Shown in pieces: positions 9,073-17,982 of a stretch of 64,000 nt of DNA. The notes below the pieces were generated by a model. It ran no database searches and was not told where the DNA came from. It saw nothing but the letters and a program-made list of their open reading frames with translations. This stretch comes from an uncultured Pseudomonadales bacterium (GTDB taxonomy: Bacteria > Patescibacteriota > Microgenomatia > UBA1400 > CAYXSR01). How positions within the stretch are numbered: the stretch's first letter is position 1; the number at the start of each line of letters is the position of its first letter. The translations under genes were made by a program, and so were the position numbers. The stretch spans positions 20,769 through 84,768 of the forward strand of contig CAYSEI010000002.1 in assembly GCA_964430265.1 (NCBI GenBank). The letters run 5' to 3'.

Positions 9073-9895
9073 AAAAAAAACTAAGAAAATTGCAATTACC
9101 GGAGGAAAAGGGGGAACAGGAAAATCAACTTTTTCTGTTTTATTAGCCAACAAATTATTATCAAAAGGTAAAAAAGTTGTTTTAATAGACGCAGATATTG
9201 AATGCCCCAATGATTACTTGTTATTAGGGGTTAAACTAAAAAATTCAGTAAAAGATATTAAAGCTCAATTTCCGCAATTGAACAAAGAGCCTTGTACTAA
9301 ATGTGGTAAATGTGTTTCCCAATGTCGATCCAATGCAATATTTCAAGCTCCGGGGAAGTATCCGATTTTTATCAGGGAATTATGTTCGGGTTGTGGTTTG
9401 TGCTGGCATATTTGTCCGGAAAATGTAATTGAAGTAGAAAAGGTTGTAATCGGAAAAACTTATGTTAATAAAATAAATTCTGATTTTACTCTTGTAACCG
9501 GAAGGTCAGTAGGAGTAGTGGATGAAACCGGACCGATTGTTACCAGTGTTAGGGAATACGTAGAAAAAAATTTAGATGCAGACATTATTTTAATAGATAC
9601 TTCGGTTGGATTGCACTGCGGTGTGATTCGTGCCTTAATTAATACTGATCTTGTTTATGCTGTTACTGAACCTACTCCTTTAGGAAAGCATGATTTACAG
9701 CTTATTCTTGAGCTGATTAATAAACTTGACCTTAAAAAGAAAGTGGTTGTAAATCAGGCTGATTTAGGGGATCAAACTCTTATTGACCCATTGATAAAAA
9801 AATATCAAACAGAAATCAGTTATAAAATTCCTTACTCAAAAAAATTAGTTGGTATGTATTCTCAAGGAAAATTAGGAGATTTAAACTTTTTATGA
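9065..9895 (+). CDS. MinD/ParA-superfamily P-loop ATPase with an inserted 4Fe-4S ferredoxin domain (COG1149-like).
   Basis: Walker A GGKGGTGKST. Two CxxCxxCxxxCP clusters (CTKCGKCVSQC, CSGCGLCWHICP). The start overlaps the upstream gene by 8 nt. Confidence 0.8.
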   Translation: MNRKKTKKIAITGGKGGTGKSTFSVLLANKLLSKGKKVVLIDADIECPNDYLLLGVKLKNSVKDIKAQFPQLNKEPCTKCGKCVSQCRSNAIFQAPGKYPIFIRELCSGCGLCWHICPENVIEVEKVVIGKTYVNKINSDFTLVTGRSVGVVDETGPIVTSVREYVEKNLDADIILIDTSVGLHCGVIRALINTDLVYAVTEPTPLGKHDLQLILELINKLDLKKKVVVNQADLGDQTLIDPLIKKYQTEISYKIPYSKKLVGMYSQGKLGDLNFL

Positions 9896-10770
9896 CAAAA
9901 AAAATAGCAGTTGCCTCTGGAAAAGGAGGAGTTGGTAAATCAATGCTAGCTTCTTCTTTGGCTTTATTACTTAGTAAGAGCAATAAAATAGTTGCTGTTG
10001 ATTGTGATGTTGATGCTCCCAATCTACATCTTTGGCTTGGGCAAAAAGAAGATTGGCAGGAAACAAAAAAAATTTCCACAAATGAAATTCCTGTAATTGA
10101 TAAAGAAAAATGTGCTTTATGCGGAAAATGTGTCTCAATTTGTGCTTTTGATAGTTTATCAATTGAAAACAAAGCTGTTAAACTGAATAAATTCTTTTGT
10201 GAGGGTTGTGGGGCTTGTGAAGCTGTGTGTCCGCAAAATGCAATTAAAATGAAAAAAATTCAAAACGCAGAAATCAGAATAAAACATGATGTTTTTGGTT
10301 TTCCTTTGGTGTCAGCCCAACTCTATCCAGGAGAAACAGGGTCAGGAAAAGTTGTTGAAGAAATAAAAGAGAAAGCAAAAAATTTTGAAAAAGAAATAAT
10401 GCTTATTGATTCTCCTGCAGGGACGGGATGCCCGGTTATAGCAGCTTTAAACGGGATAGATTTTGCAGTTTTAATAACTGAGCCAACGCCGTCAGGTCTT
10501 TCTGATCTCAGACGGGTATTACAAGTAGTCGATCATTTTAATATTCCTTTTAGAGTAGTAATCAATAAATGGGATATAAACAAACAAGTGACCAAAAAGA
10601 TTGAAAATGAATTTCAAGAAAAAATAATTGGTAAAATTTCTTATAACAAAAAATTCTTTCAAGCAATAGCCGAATTAAAACCAATAATGAAAACTAAGCT
10701 TCAGACAAAAAAGGAAATTAAATCAATATATAAAAATTTGGAGGCCTCGACCGGAATCGCACCGGTGTAA
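9892..10770 (+). CDS. Second MinD-like P-loop ATPase with a ferredoxin insert, paralog of the 9065 ORF.
   Basis: SGKGGVGKS Walker A. CALCGKCVSIC and CEGCGACEAVCP clusters. It overlaps the previous gene by 4 nt (ATGA). Confidence 0.8.
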   Translation: MTKKIAVASGKGGVGKSMLASSLALLLSKSNKIVAVDCDVDAPNLHLWLGQKEDWQETKKISTNEIPVIDKEKCALCGKCVSICAFDSLSIENKAVKLNKFFCEGCGACEAVCPQNAIKMKKIQNAEIRIKHDVFGFPLVSAQLYPGETGSGKVVEEIKEKAKNFEKEIMLIDSPAGTGCPVIAALNGIDFAVLITEPTPSGLSDLRRVLQVVDHFNIPFRVVINKWDINKQVTKKIENEFQEKIIGKISYNKKFFQAIAELKPIMKTKLQTKKEIKSIYKNLEASTGIAPV

Positions 10771-10813
10771 CTGGTTTTGCAGACCAGTGCATAAACTTCT
10801 CTGCCACGAGGCC
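10739..10813 (-). tRNA. tRNA-Cys (anticodon GCA), with U73 discriminator and an encoded CCA. The D-loop and T-loop are atypical.
   Basis: A GC-rich island sits in AT-rich DNA. On the minus strand there is a perfect 7-bp acceptor stem (GGCCTCG/CGAGGCC) and U8. The D-stem is GCAG/ATGC. The anticodon stem CTGGT/ACCAG carries loop CUGCAAA (U33, GCA, A37). The variable region is 4 nt. The T-stem is ACCGG/CCGGT with loop TGCGATT, followed by TCCA. G at position 55 and a single G in the D-loop are unusual. Coordinates are +/-2. Confidence 0.55.
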
Positions 10814-10876
10814 TTTCCTGTATATTTTATCACGCTTTCTTGTCAAGGCAAAATAACTGTGTTATTATCTATTTGA

Positions 10877-11838
10877 TGAAGCTCAGAAAGATTTTTTCTA
10901 TTTTAACCCTTTTTTTATTGACTTTCCTTCTTACGGGTTGTAATTTGCCTTTTATTGGTTCCAAAAAAAAGGCGGCACTACAAGTTATGTCTGAACCCAA
11001 AGCAACAGTATTTTTAAATGGTAATCATGTTGGTCAAACTTCATATTTTGATGAAGAACTTAAGCCTGGAGAATATACCTTAAAATTAATTCCGGAAGGT
11101 CAAGAAAACAAACAGTGGCAAAAAGATGTGCAATTAACTCCGGGCGTCTTAACAGTTGCCAATTACAATTTTAAAGAAACTGAAGAACAGTCAAATGGAT
11201 ATTTACTTAGTTTGGAACCGATTTCCCAAAAAGACAAGGCTCAACTTTCTATTATTAGTATGCCTGACGGAGCAGTTGTTTCTGTAGACGGAGAACCAAA
11301 GGGCTTTACACCTTTGTCATTGGATGAAGTAAATGAAGGGGAACACGTAATTAATATTTCCACTCCGGGATATCAAGAAACAGAAATTCAAGCAAAAACA
11401 ATAGCCGGATATAAACTCATTGCTAATGTGCAACTTGGTAGAAGTTTAGAAGAAGAAGCAACGGATTCTGCAGAAACTGATGAAGAAGCAACAGCATCAG
11501 CAGAAAAAGAGGATGCTGAAGATGAAACAATAGAAGAAAGTGACACTGAAGAAGAAACAACTACGGATACAGAAGAAACAGATACAGAGGAAGATGCACA
11601 AGTTTCTGATGAAGATATGGAAAGGCCGTATGTAGAAATAAAAGAAACTTCTACAGGTTGGTTAAATTTAAGAAGTGAACCTTCAACAGCTGAAGGAGAC
11701 GAAACAGTAATTAAAAAAATAGATCCCGGAGATAAATATCCTTTTATAGAGGTTAATGATACGGGTTGGTATAAAATAGAGTATGAAGAAGGAAAAGAAG
11801 GTTGGATTTCAGGAAAATACGCTGAATTGTACCGCTAA
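10877..11838 (+). CDS. Lipoprotein with PEGA domains, an acidic linker and a C-terminal SH3b-like domain.
   Basis: The lipobox LLTGC follows the internal Met (the track ORF starts 36 nt earlier at a TTG). PEGA-like segments (PEGQEN, MPDGAVVSVDGEPKGFTPL). A D/E/T-rich tract. A C-terminal TGWLNLRSEPS...WYKI...GWISGKY SH3b-type fold. Confidence 0.65.
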
Positions 11839-11841
11839 TAA

Positions 11842-12774
11842 TTAGCGCAGTCCGTATATAATTACAAATATAAAAAGACTCCATAAAACAACAGTTCCGA
11901 ATAAGGGTTTATCTGATATAAGAACTTCGGCTGGAGAATTACCTTCATTTTTTTGATAAATAAGCTGTAAATAGCGCATTACTCCGTATATTACTAAAGG
12001 AATTGTAATCATCATCAATTTTTCGCTGCGAAATGCTAAAGGAAGATCTCCCCAAATGTGGAGCAGCCTTCCACTAGGTTTCACCGGAGGCTGCAAAAAA
12101 GTAAATAAAGAATAAGTTAACCAAGTTGTGTTTCCAAACATAGCAATATATTGATCCAAAAGCTTTTCAGTATAGGTAAATAAGACCTTGCGGTGTTTTT
12201 CCGGTTCTTTTCCTTCAAGTAAAGTGAGTTCTGATCTTCTTTTCCCAACTGCTAAGAAAAGGGAAAAAGAAATAATACAAAGAAGTAACCATCCATTTAT
12301 ATGAGTATTAATTACTACTGCACCTGCATATACTCGTAAAATAAAACCCGAGGCTATGCTTATAACATCAAGAATCGGTACTGACTTTAAATAAACAGTA
12401 TATAAGACTTGCAGGATGAGATAAGCAAGGCAAGTAAGAAAGAAAAAAAAGTTAAGCTGTGAAGATAGGAAAAGACTGATTAAGACACCAGAAAAAGAGG
12501 CAAAAAGAGCTAAAGGAATAGGGAATTTGCCAGAAGCTATAGGTCGATGCTTTTTTAAAGGATGTTTTCTGTCCGAAGGTGCATCAACAATATCATTAAA
12601 TATATAAATAGAAGAGGTCAAAAAAGAAAATATAACAGTTGCAATAACAACAGTTAAAAATTTTTCAGGTATAAAAAGCCAACCGCTAAAAACTAATCCA
12701 GCAAATAAAGCTAGATTTTTTATCCATTGTATCGGTCTTGCTGATGTAAGGATGAGATTAAATAGTTTAACCAC
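11842..12774 (-). CDS. UbiA-family prenyltransferase resembling decaprenyl-phosphate phosphoribosyltransferase (DPPR synthase-like).
   Basis: The N-terminal RPIQWIKN and the NDIVDAPSD (NDxxDxxxD) motif. The protein is polytopic. Confidence 0.7.
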   Translation of the reverse strand: MVKLFNLILTSARPIQWIKNLALFAGLVFSGWLFIPEKFLTVVIATVIFSFLTSSIYIFNDIVDAPSDRKHPLKKHRPIASGKFPIPLALFASFSGVLISLFLSSQLNFFFFLTCLAYLILQVLYTVYLKSVPILDVISIASGFILRVYAGAVVINTHINGWLLLCIISFSLFLAVGKRRSELTLLEGKEPEKHRKVLFTYTEKLLDQYIAMFGNTTWLTYSLFTFLQPPVKPSGRLLHIWGDLPLAFRSEKLMMITIPLVIYGVMRYLQLIYQKNEGNSPAEVLISDKPLFGTVVLWSLFIFVIIYGLR

Positions 12775-13805
12775 AAAAGTATTCCTCCTAGGATAAATGT
12801 TAGTAAAATGATTGTATAAAATTTATCTCTGCTATTCAATTTGAGCGCTAAAATACCTAGTATAGCAGTAATTATCCAGTAAAAAACTGCTATTTTTCTT
12901 TTACTCCATCCAATATCAATTAATTTATGGTGTAAATGTCCACGGTCGCCCCAGACAGGAGATTTTCCTTGCGTAACTCTTCTAATGATTGAGTATACAG
13001 CATCCAACATAGGGACTCCGAGAACTAGCATTAAAGTATTTATCTTACTAGTTGAAAGTATGGAAAGTACGGCTAAGAGATATCCTGCAAGCGCACCACC
13101 CCCATATCCAGGCATAATTTTTTGGGGAAAAAAATTCCATGGTAAAAAGCCAAGAAAAGCACCAGCAGTTATAAAAGCAAAAAGAATGATTGGCCATTGG
13201 GTAATATCAGCACTATAACGCAAACTAAGAAAGCCAATGGTTAAGGCAGCAATTACTGCAATTCCGGGAAGTTGTCCGTCCAAACCTTTAGACCAATTAA
13301 CAAAATTCATGCACCAAACAATCCAGATTAAAGCTACAATATCAGAAAGTATCCAGACTGTATGCATTTTTCCAAAAAGATAAAAAGGTATTTGAGGTTG
13401 GTTTAAATGGATGATTCCATTAAAAGGGTTACTAATAAAAGCAATCCCGATACCGCCAGAGACAACAGCACCTGCAGCTAAAAAACCAGCAATTAAGCGT
13501 AAATAAGGATTTAAATCATAAAGATCATCCAAAACACCAATAATTACAATAATCAAAGCCCCTGCAAGTATTCCAATTAGATGTTTATCAATCGGAAGAA
13601 AAAAAATTACGGAAACTAGTAAAGACAGAAAAATAGGAATTCCTCCACCTCTGGGAACAGGATATTTATGGATTACTTTAGGATGATCATTTTCTTGCGG
13701 GTCATCCAACCAGTTATTTTTTTTATAAAACCAAATGGTTAACGGAGTAATAAGAAATGAAATTAAAAAAGAGACAGCCAGTGTTAAAATTAGATTGAGC
13801 TTCAT
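12720..13805 (-). CDS. Polyprenyl-phosphate N-acetylhexosamine-1-phosphate transferase (MraY/WecA/TagO-like GT4 family).
   Basis: HKYPVPRGGG, the DDLYDL Asp-rich motif, the NxxNxxDGLDG-like segment (NFVNWSKGLDGQ) and 10-11 TM segments. Confidence 0.8.
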   Translation of the reverse strand: MKLNLILTLAVSFLISFLITPLTIWFYKKNNWLDDPQENDHPKVIHKYPVPRGGGIPIFLSLLVSVIFFLPIDKHLIGILAGALIIVIIGVLDDLYDLNPYLRLIAGFLAAGAVVSGGIGIAFISNPFNGIIHLNQPQIPFYLFGKMHTVWILSDIVALIWIVWCMNFVNWSKGLDGQLPGIAVIAALTIGFLSLRYSADITQWPIILFAFITAGAFLGFLPWNFFPQKIMPGYGGGALAGYLLAVLSILSTSKINTLMLVLGVPMLDAVYSIIRRVTQGKSPVWGDRGHLHHKLIDIGWSKRKIAVFYWIITAILGILALKLNSRDKFYTIILLTFILGGILLWLNYLISSLHQQDRYNG

Positions 13806-14215
13806 TAGAAAACAGTTAGGCTAAAAATCATAAAAACATCAATAACGATTAATAGCACTATTAAGAAATTAGTCCAAATAGTAATTTGTGATAATATTTT
13901 ATTTCTTTTAAAAAAGATTGATGCTAGTCTTAGATTAATAATTACCATGATTAAGGAAGCTATAATTACTATAAGAAAAGTCTGTTTACTTACTAATTGT
14001 TCTTCTCCCCAAGGGCGATTATAAAAAAGAGGCATTTCTGGCGGCATTTGGTTATAAAAAATTAAGGTTGCTAAAAAAGTAGCTAAGATAAAGATAAGAG
14101 AAAAAATAATTGCCAGCCGAGAATTCTTCTGTGCAAACAGAGTATTAAATTCTTGCTTAGCTTTTTCCAAGGAATTGGATTGGAAAAATTTTAGTTGTTG
14201 GATGTTTTCAGCCAT
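13805..14215 (-). CDS. Small polytopic membrane protein (3 TM) of unknown function, inside the glycan operon.
   Basis: Hydrophobic profile only. It is tightly packed between the GT-C and MraY-like genes. Confidence 0.4.
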   Translation of the reverse strand: MAENIQQLKFFQSNSLEKAKQEFNTLFAQKNSRLAIIFSLIFILATFLATLIFYNQMPPEMPLFYNRPWGEEQLVSKQTFLIVIIASLIMVIINLRLASIFFKRNKILSQITIWTNFLIVLLIVIDVFMIFSLTVF

Positions 14216-15666
14216 GGTTTTCTTTTATAAATTGTGAAATTATCAAATTCTTTGATTTGAGAATATCCAGTAAGCAGCAGTTTATCCAGTTGTTCAAACT
14301 CTCTGTGTTCTTCCGTATCAGTAATAATAAGTTTGGGCGGATTATTATTTAAATCCTGGGTAGTCTCTTTGATCCCGTTAAAATCAGTGATATGAAAGTC
14401 TGTGACATATTTACCTGGAGGCAAACGGTCGGTCAATGCATATATACAGGAAGAACTATTGCTCCAGACAAAGATGTTTTCTTTTGGATTTGTAATTGAA
14501 CGAATATATCTGGCCATTTGGTATTCTAAATGAGTTTTATTTTCAAAATAATCAAAATACTGTTGGCGATTTTTTTTGCCGACTGCAAAAGAATAAAAGT
14601 TTTTGTAATAAGGAGCAACAGGATACCACCAAAACTCATACTTAAAAACTCCCCAAGACATTAATCCTATAAAAAACAAGCCTCCAGTTATTTGTACAAG
14701 TTTGTGATTAAATAAAATCTGTGTAATTAATAAAGCAATCCAAGGTGTCACTTGGATTAAATAGTGGGGATAAGGGCGTTCAGAAAGAAAAACGCCAAAT
14801 CCGCCCATTAAAGCCATCAAAAGAATCAAATAAAATTTAAAGCCAAGTTTTTTTCTAAAGATGTAAACAGCAATTAAAGAAGCAAGTAAAATAAGTGCCC
14901 GATAATATAGTTCGCTACCACTACTAGTATCTCCGCTCCAAGAAGAGATGTAACCAATATTTTGTAAAAGAGCAGAACGAATATAAGGTTCTGCAGCTCC
15001 ATGAAACCAATAGTATATTATTGATACTAAAATGGGAGTAAAAAAACCGATTAAAAGAAGATATATTTTTTTATTTTTGAAAATGGAAAGAAATTCTTTA
15101 ATACTTTTTTTTCTATAAAGAAAAAATGCTAAGCAAAGACCGGCAAATTCAAGTGCGATTGGTGGTTTATACAAAAACGCAATACTGAAGCTTAAGCCAA
15201 CCCAAGCCCAAAGATTAGGCTTTTGCAATTTTTCTGCTTTTAAAGCCAGGTAAAGTCCCAAAGTAGCAGGCATAATCATAAACAATTCGCCATTGGAAAC
15301 CCAACCCTCAGGAAGAAATGAAAAAACAGCAAAAAGAAAAGCTGCAATCAAACCTGCTGTCTTTCTTTGCTTTTTAACTAACATTTCTCCAACCTTGTAT
15401 ACCAAATAAACGTTAATCAAATTCCAAATGAGGCCAAATGCTCGGAAATAAGTAATTTTTCCTTGAGCTAGAGCTGTAGTTAAGAATATCAATGGTGGTT
15501 TATGGTCAAATATACGTTTATAAAAAACAAAACCTTTATTAAATGCCTGACCTAGGGTAATATAAATACATTCGTCTCCGTAATATAGCGGTTCAAACAA
15601 AGAAGGAATTCTTATTAAGAAAGTAAATAAAATAATCAGAAGCAAAATAAGTTTATACTTTTTCAT
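14191..15666 (-). CDS. GT-C fold glycosyltransferase (ArnT/PMT_2-like polyprenyl-phosphate-sugar dependent transferase).
   Basis: The N-terminal FLIRIPSLFEPLYYGDECIYITLGQAF loop with a DE motif, more than 10 TM segments and a C-terminal soluble domain. Confidence 0.65.
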   Translation of the reverse strand: MKKYKLILLLIILFTFLIRIPSLFEPLYYGDECIYITLGQAFNKGFVFYKRIFDHKPPLIFLTTALAQGKITYFRAFGLIWNLINVYLVYKVGEMLVKKQRKTAGLIAAFLFAVFSFLPEGWVSNGELFMIMPATLGLYLALKAEKLQKPNLWAWVGLSFSIAFLYKPPIALEFAGLCLAFFLYRKKSIKEFLSIFKNKKIYLLLIGFFTPILVSIIYYWFHGAAEPYIRSALLQNIGYISSWSGDTSSGSELYYRALILLASLIAVYIFRKKLGFKFYLILLMALMGGFGVFLSERPYPHYLIQVTPWIALLITQILFNHKLVQITGGLFFIGLMSWGVFKYEFWWYPVAPYYKNFYSFAVGKKNRQQYFDYFENKTHLEYQMARYIRSITNPKENIFVWSNSSSCIYALTDRLPPGKYVTDFHITDFNGIKETTQDLNNNPPKLIITDTEEHREFEQLDKLLLTGYSQIKEFDNFTIYKRKPWLKTSNN

Positions 15667-15673
15667 AAATTCA

Positions 15674-17161
15674 TTATACTTTTTCTGTTACTCGGTATTC
15701 AATATATTTGCCTAGCATTAATCTAGTATGGGCATCCAAGCCTGGCAAAGCTGAGAAAAAGAAACCAGCAACCGGTAATAATATTAATTCTATTGGTGTA
15801 ACAATCCAACGCCATAAAGGAATTTCTTTTTTCTTTGGACGCTGTTTTAAATCAACAAATACAATAAAAAGCATGGAAAGTAATGAAAAAGTTAAGATTG
15901 TGGAAGACACTTGGGGTAAAGTTTTTCCTAACACAGTTTGATTAAACTCTTGGTTTAAAAGGGGAGGAAGTGAAGCACCAATAGTAATTGCAAACCAATA
16001 TACGGGCCACAAAAAATGGTCCTCAATAACTCGGAGAACTTTGACTGTTTTTTTCCAAAAAGGTAAGTTTGGTACAGTTAGCCAATTTTTGATGATGTAT
16101 GCGTCATCTGCAGTTCCCCAAGCCCAGCGCTTAACTTGTTCATATTGATTAACTAAAGTTTTCCATAAAGTAGTTGATTGGGCGGCATCTTCATAAACTG
16201 GAAGGTAGATAGGATGGACTTCAAGTTCACCTTCAAGCTTAAAAAAGCTTTTAAAAAAGAGGCGGTAGTCTTCCGGTATAACATCTGTGTCCCAGTAGCC
16301 GATTTTATCAATCATTTTTAAAGAAGATGAATAGGTTGAGAAATTAATTAACCTATCTTTTCGGTAAAGCAGACCTAATTGGAATACACTAGAGTTTGCA
16401 TTAAAAACACGGGTTAAAATTGGAACTTCCCAGATATTATTATAAAAAAGAATTGCAGGCTGAAAAATCCGTCGGTATCTGTCAGGATCATCTAAAAATT
16501 TAAAGGTTAAACAAGAAAAGTAGTCTTTATGAAGAATTGCATCTGCATCTTCACTGGTTATTGTTATATAGTCTATGTTCCATCCATCTTCGTCCACTAT
16601 TTTTTTCTTAGCGATTTTTGCTGCCCAAGAAGTATTTGAAGACTTACCTTTTACCTCTCCGGGTAAATCAGGGTGAAAAGTAGTAATAAAATAGCCAAAT
16701 TTATCTTTAAATTCCTTTTTCAATTGTTCTGCTTTTTCAAAAGCATCTTTTCCCTCCCTTTTTTCAAAGGCCAAAACAACAGCAATGCGCTTATTGGGAA
16801 AACTTTGTTTAGTCAACTTACTTAAAGTTCTACGAAGAATATAGTCAGGTTCTTTATAAGTAGGTATGATAGTTATATGTAAGACTTTTTCCCAACCCGG
16901 AAAACTTTTGATTTCTCCTAACCAATCAAAATTTTGATATGCTTTAAGTTTAAAGTGTGCAAGTAAAGCACATAAAGCAATTGATATTGATCGATAAAAC
17001 CAGTAAACATCAAAAGCCAAAATATAATAAGCAACTGCAGTAGGAATAACAAAAGATCCCCAAAAGGGAAACAAGATTAATGACCAGGATACAAAACCCG
17101 GCAAGATTTCCAAAAATCTATTAACTCTTTTTTCGTTGTTTTCTACAAACTTTTTAATCAT
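15674..17161 (-). CDS. Processive family-2 glycosyltransferase (cellulose/chitin synthase-like) with flanking TM segments.
   Basis: DxD (DADAILHKD) and the QxxRW motif (QYEQVKRWAWG). TM helices at both the N- and C-terminus. Confidence 0.75.
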   Translation of the reverse strand: MIKKFVENNEKRVNRFLEILPGFVSWSLILFPFWGSFVIPTAVAYYILAFDVYWFYRSISIALCALLAHFKLKAYQNFDWLGEIKSFPGWEKVLHITIIPTYKEPDYILRRTLSKLTKQSFPNKRIAVVLAFEKREGKDAFEKAEQLKKEFKDKFGYFITTFHPDLPGEVKGKSSNTSWAAKIAKKKIVDEDGWNIDYITITSEDADAILHKDYFSCLTFKFLDDPDRYRRIFQPAILFYNNIWEVPILTRVFNANSSVFQLGLLYRKDRLINFSTYSSSLKMIDKIGYWDTDVIPEDYRLFFKSFFKLEGELEVHPIYLPVYEDAAQSTTLWKTLVNQYEQVKRWAWGTADDAYIIKNWLTVPNLPFWKKTVKVLRVIEDHFLWPVYWFAITIGASLPPLLNQEFNQTVLGKTLPQVSSTILTFSLLSMLFIVFVDLKQRPKKKEIPLWRWIVTPIELILLPVAGFFFSALPGLDAHTRLMLGKYIEYRVTEKV

Positions 17162-17963
17162 TTACTTTAAATAATTGAATAGTGTTTTTTGTTGTGATAT
17201 CTTCTACTTTAGATAAGGAAAGTCGTTTTATGTCGGCAATAGTTTGAGCCACAATTTTAACATTTTCAGGCTTATTTGGAAAGCGCTTTTCTTGACGTAT
17301 GGGTTCGGGTGTCAAATACGGAGCATCGGTTTCAATTAAAAGTTTCTCAATAGGGGTCATTGAAACGACTTCTTGCATCTGCTTACTAAATGTAACTATG
17401 CCTGTAATTCCAATATAAAAATCATTATTAAATGCCCATTTTAAAAGAGACTTTCTGCCTTGAAAACAATGGATAACTCCAAAGTGTCCAATTTCTTTTA
17501 ATGACTCCAACAGATCTACGCTTGCATCCCGGTTATGCACAATTAATGGCAGGTGGTGCTTTTTAGCCAATTCAATTTGTGCGCTAAAGAGTTTTTTTTG
17601 ATTTTGTTTGAATTTAGGGGTTATTTGATAATCATTGTATTTTGTTTTTTGGTAGCGATAATAATCTAGACCGCATTCACCAACTGCAACAGGATTGTAT
17701 TTTTTAATTAATTCAGTTAACTGATCAACTATTTTATTTAGTCCCGTACTTTCGATTAATGCAGTATGATGCGGATGTATGCCCACAGAAGCATAAATTT
17801 CCGGATATTTTTCTGCCAAAAAAACAGCTTGTTTGCTTGTTTTTAAATTTGATCCGGGAACAATAATTTTTTCAATGCCTTGCTGAACTGCACTGGTAAT
17901 AATTTTATTTCTCTGATTCTTGAAAGCTTTAAAATTAAGATGGCAGTGAGTATCAATCAACAT
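17154..17963 (-). CDS. tatD: TatD-family metal-dependent hydrolase/DNase.
   Basis: MLIDTHCHLNF start and conserved His/Glu/Asp positions (GIHPHH, GECGLDY, ETDAPYL). Confidence 0.85.
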   Translation of the reverse strand: MLIDTHCHLNFKAFKNQRNKIITSAVQQGIEKIIVPGSNLKTSKQAVFLAEKYPEIYASVGIHPHHTALIESTGLNKIVDQLTELIKKYNPVAVGECGLDYYRYQKTKYNDYQITPKFKQNQKKLFSAQIELAKKHHLPLIVHNRDASVDLLESLKEIGHFGVIHCFQGRKSLLKWAFNNDFYIGITGIVTFSKQMQEVVSMTPIEKLLIETDAPYLTPEPIRQEKRFPNKPENVKIVAQTIADIKRLSLSKVEDITTKNTIQLFKVND

Positions 17964-17982
17964 ATTTTTTTCATTTTAGCAT

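Noticed and set aside
10741-10813. GC-rich nested hairpins first read as a bidirectional terminator or attenuator between convergent genes.
   Set aside because: The full cloverleaf, GCA anticodon loop, U73 and encoded CCA fit a tRNA-Cys much better. Reinterpreted as a tRNA.
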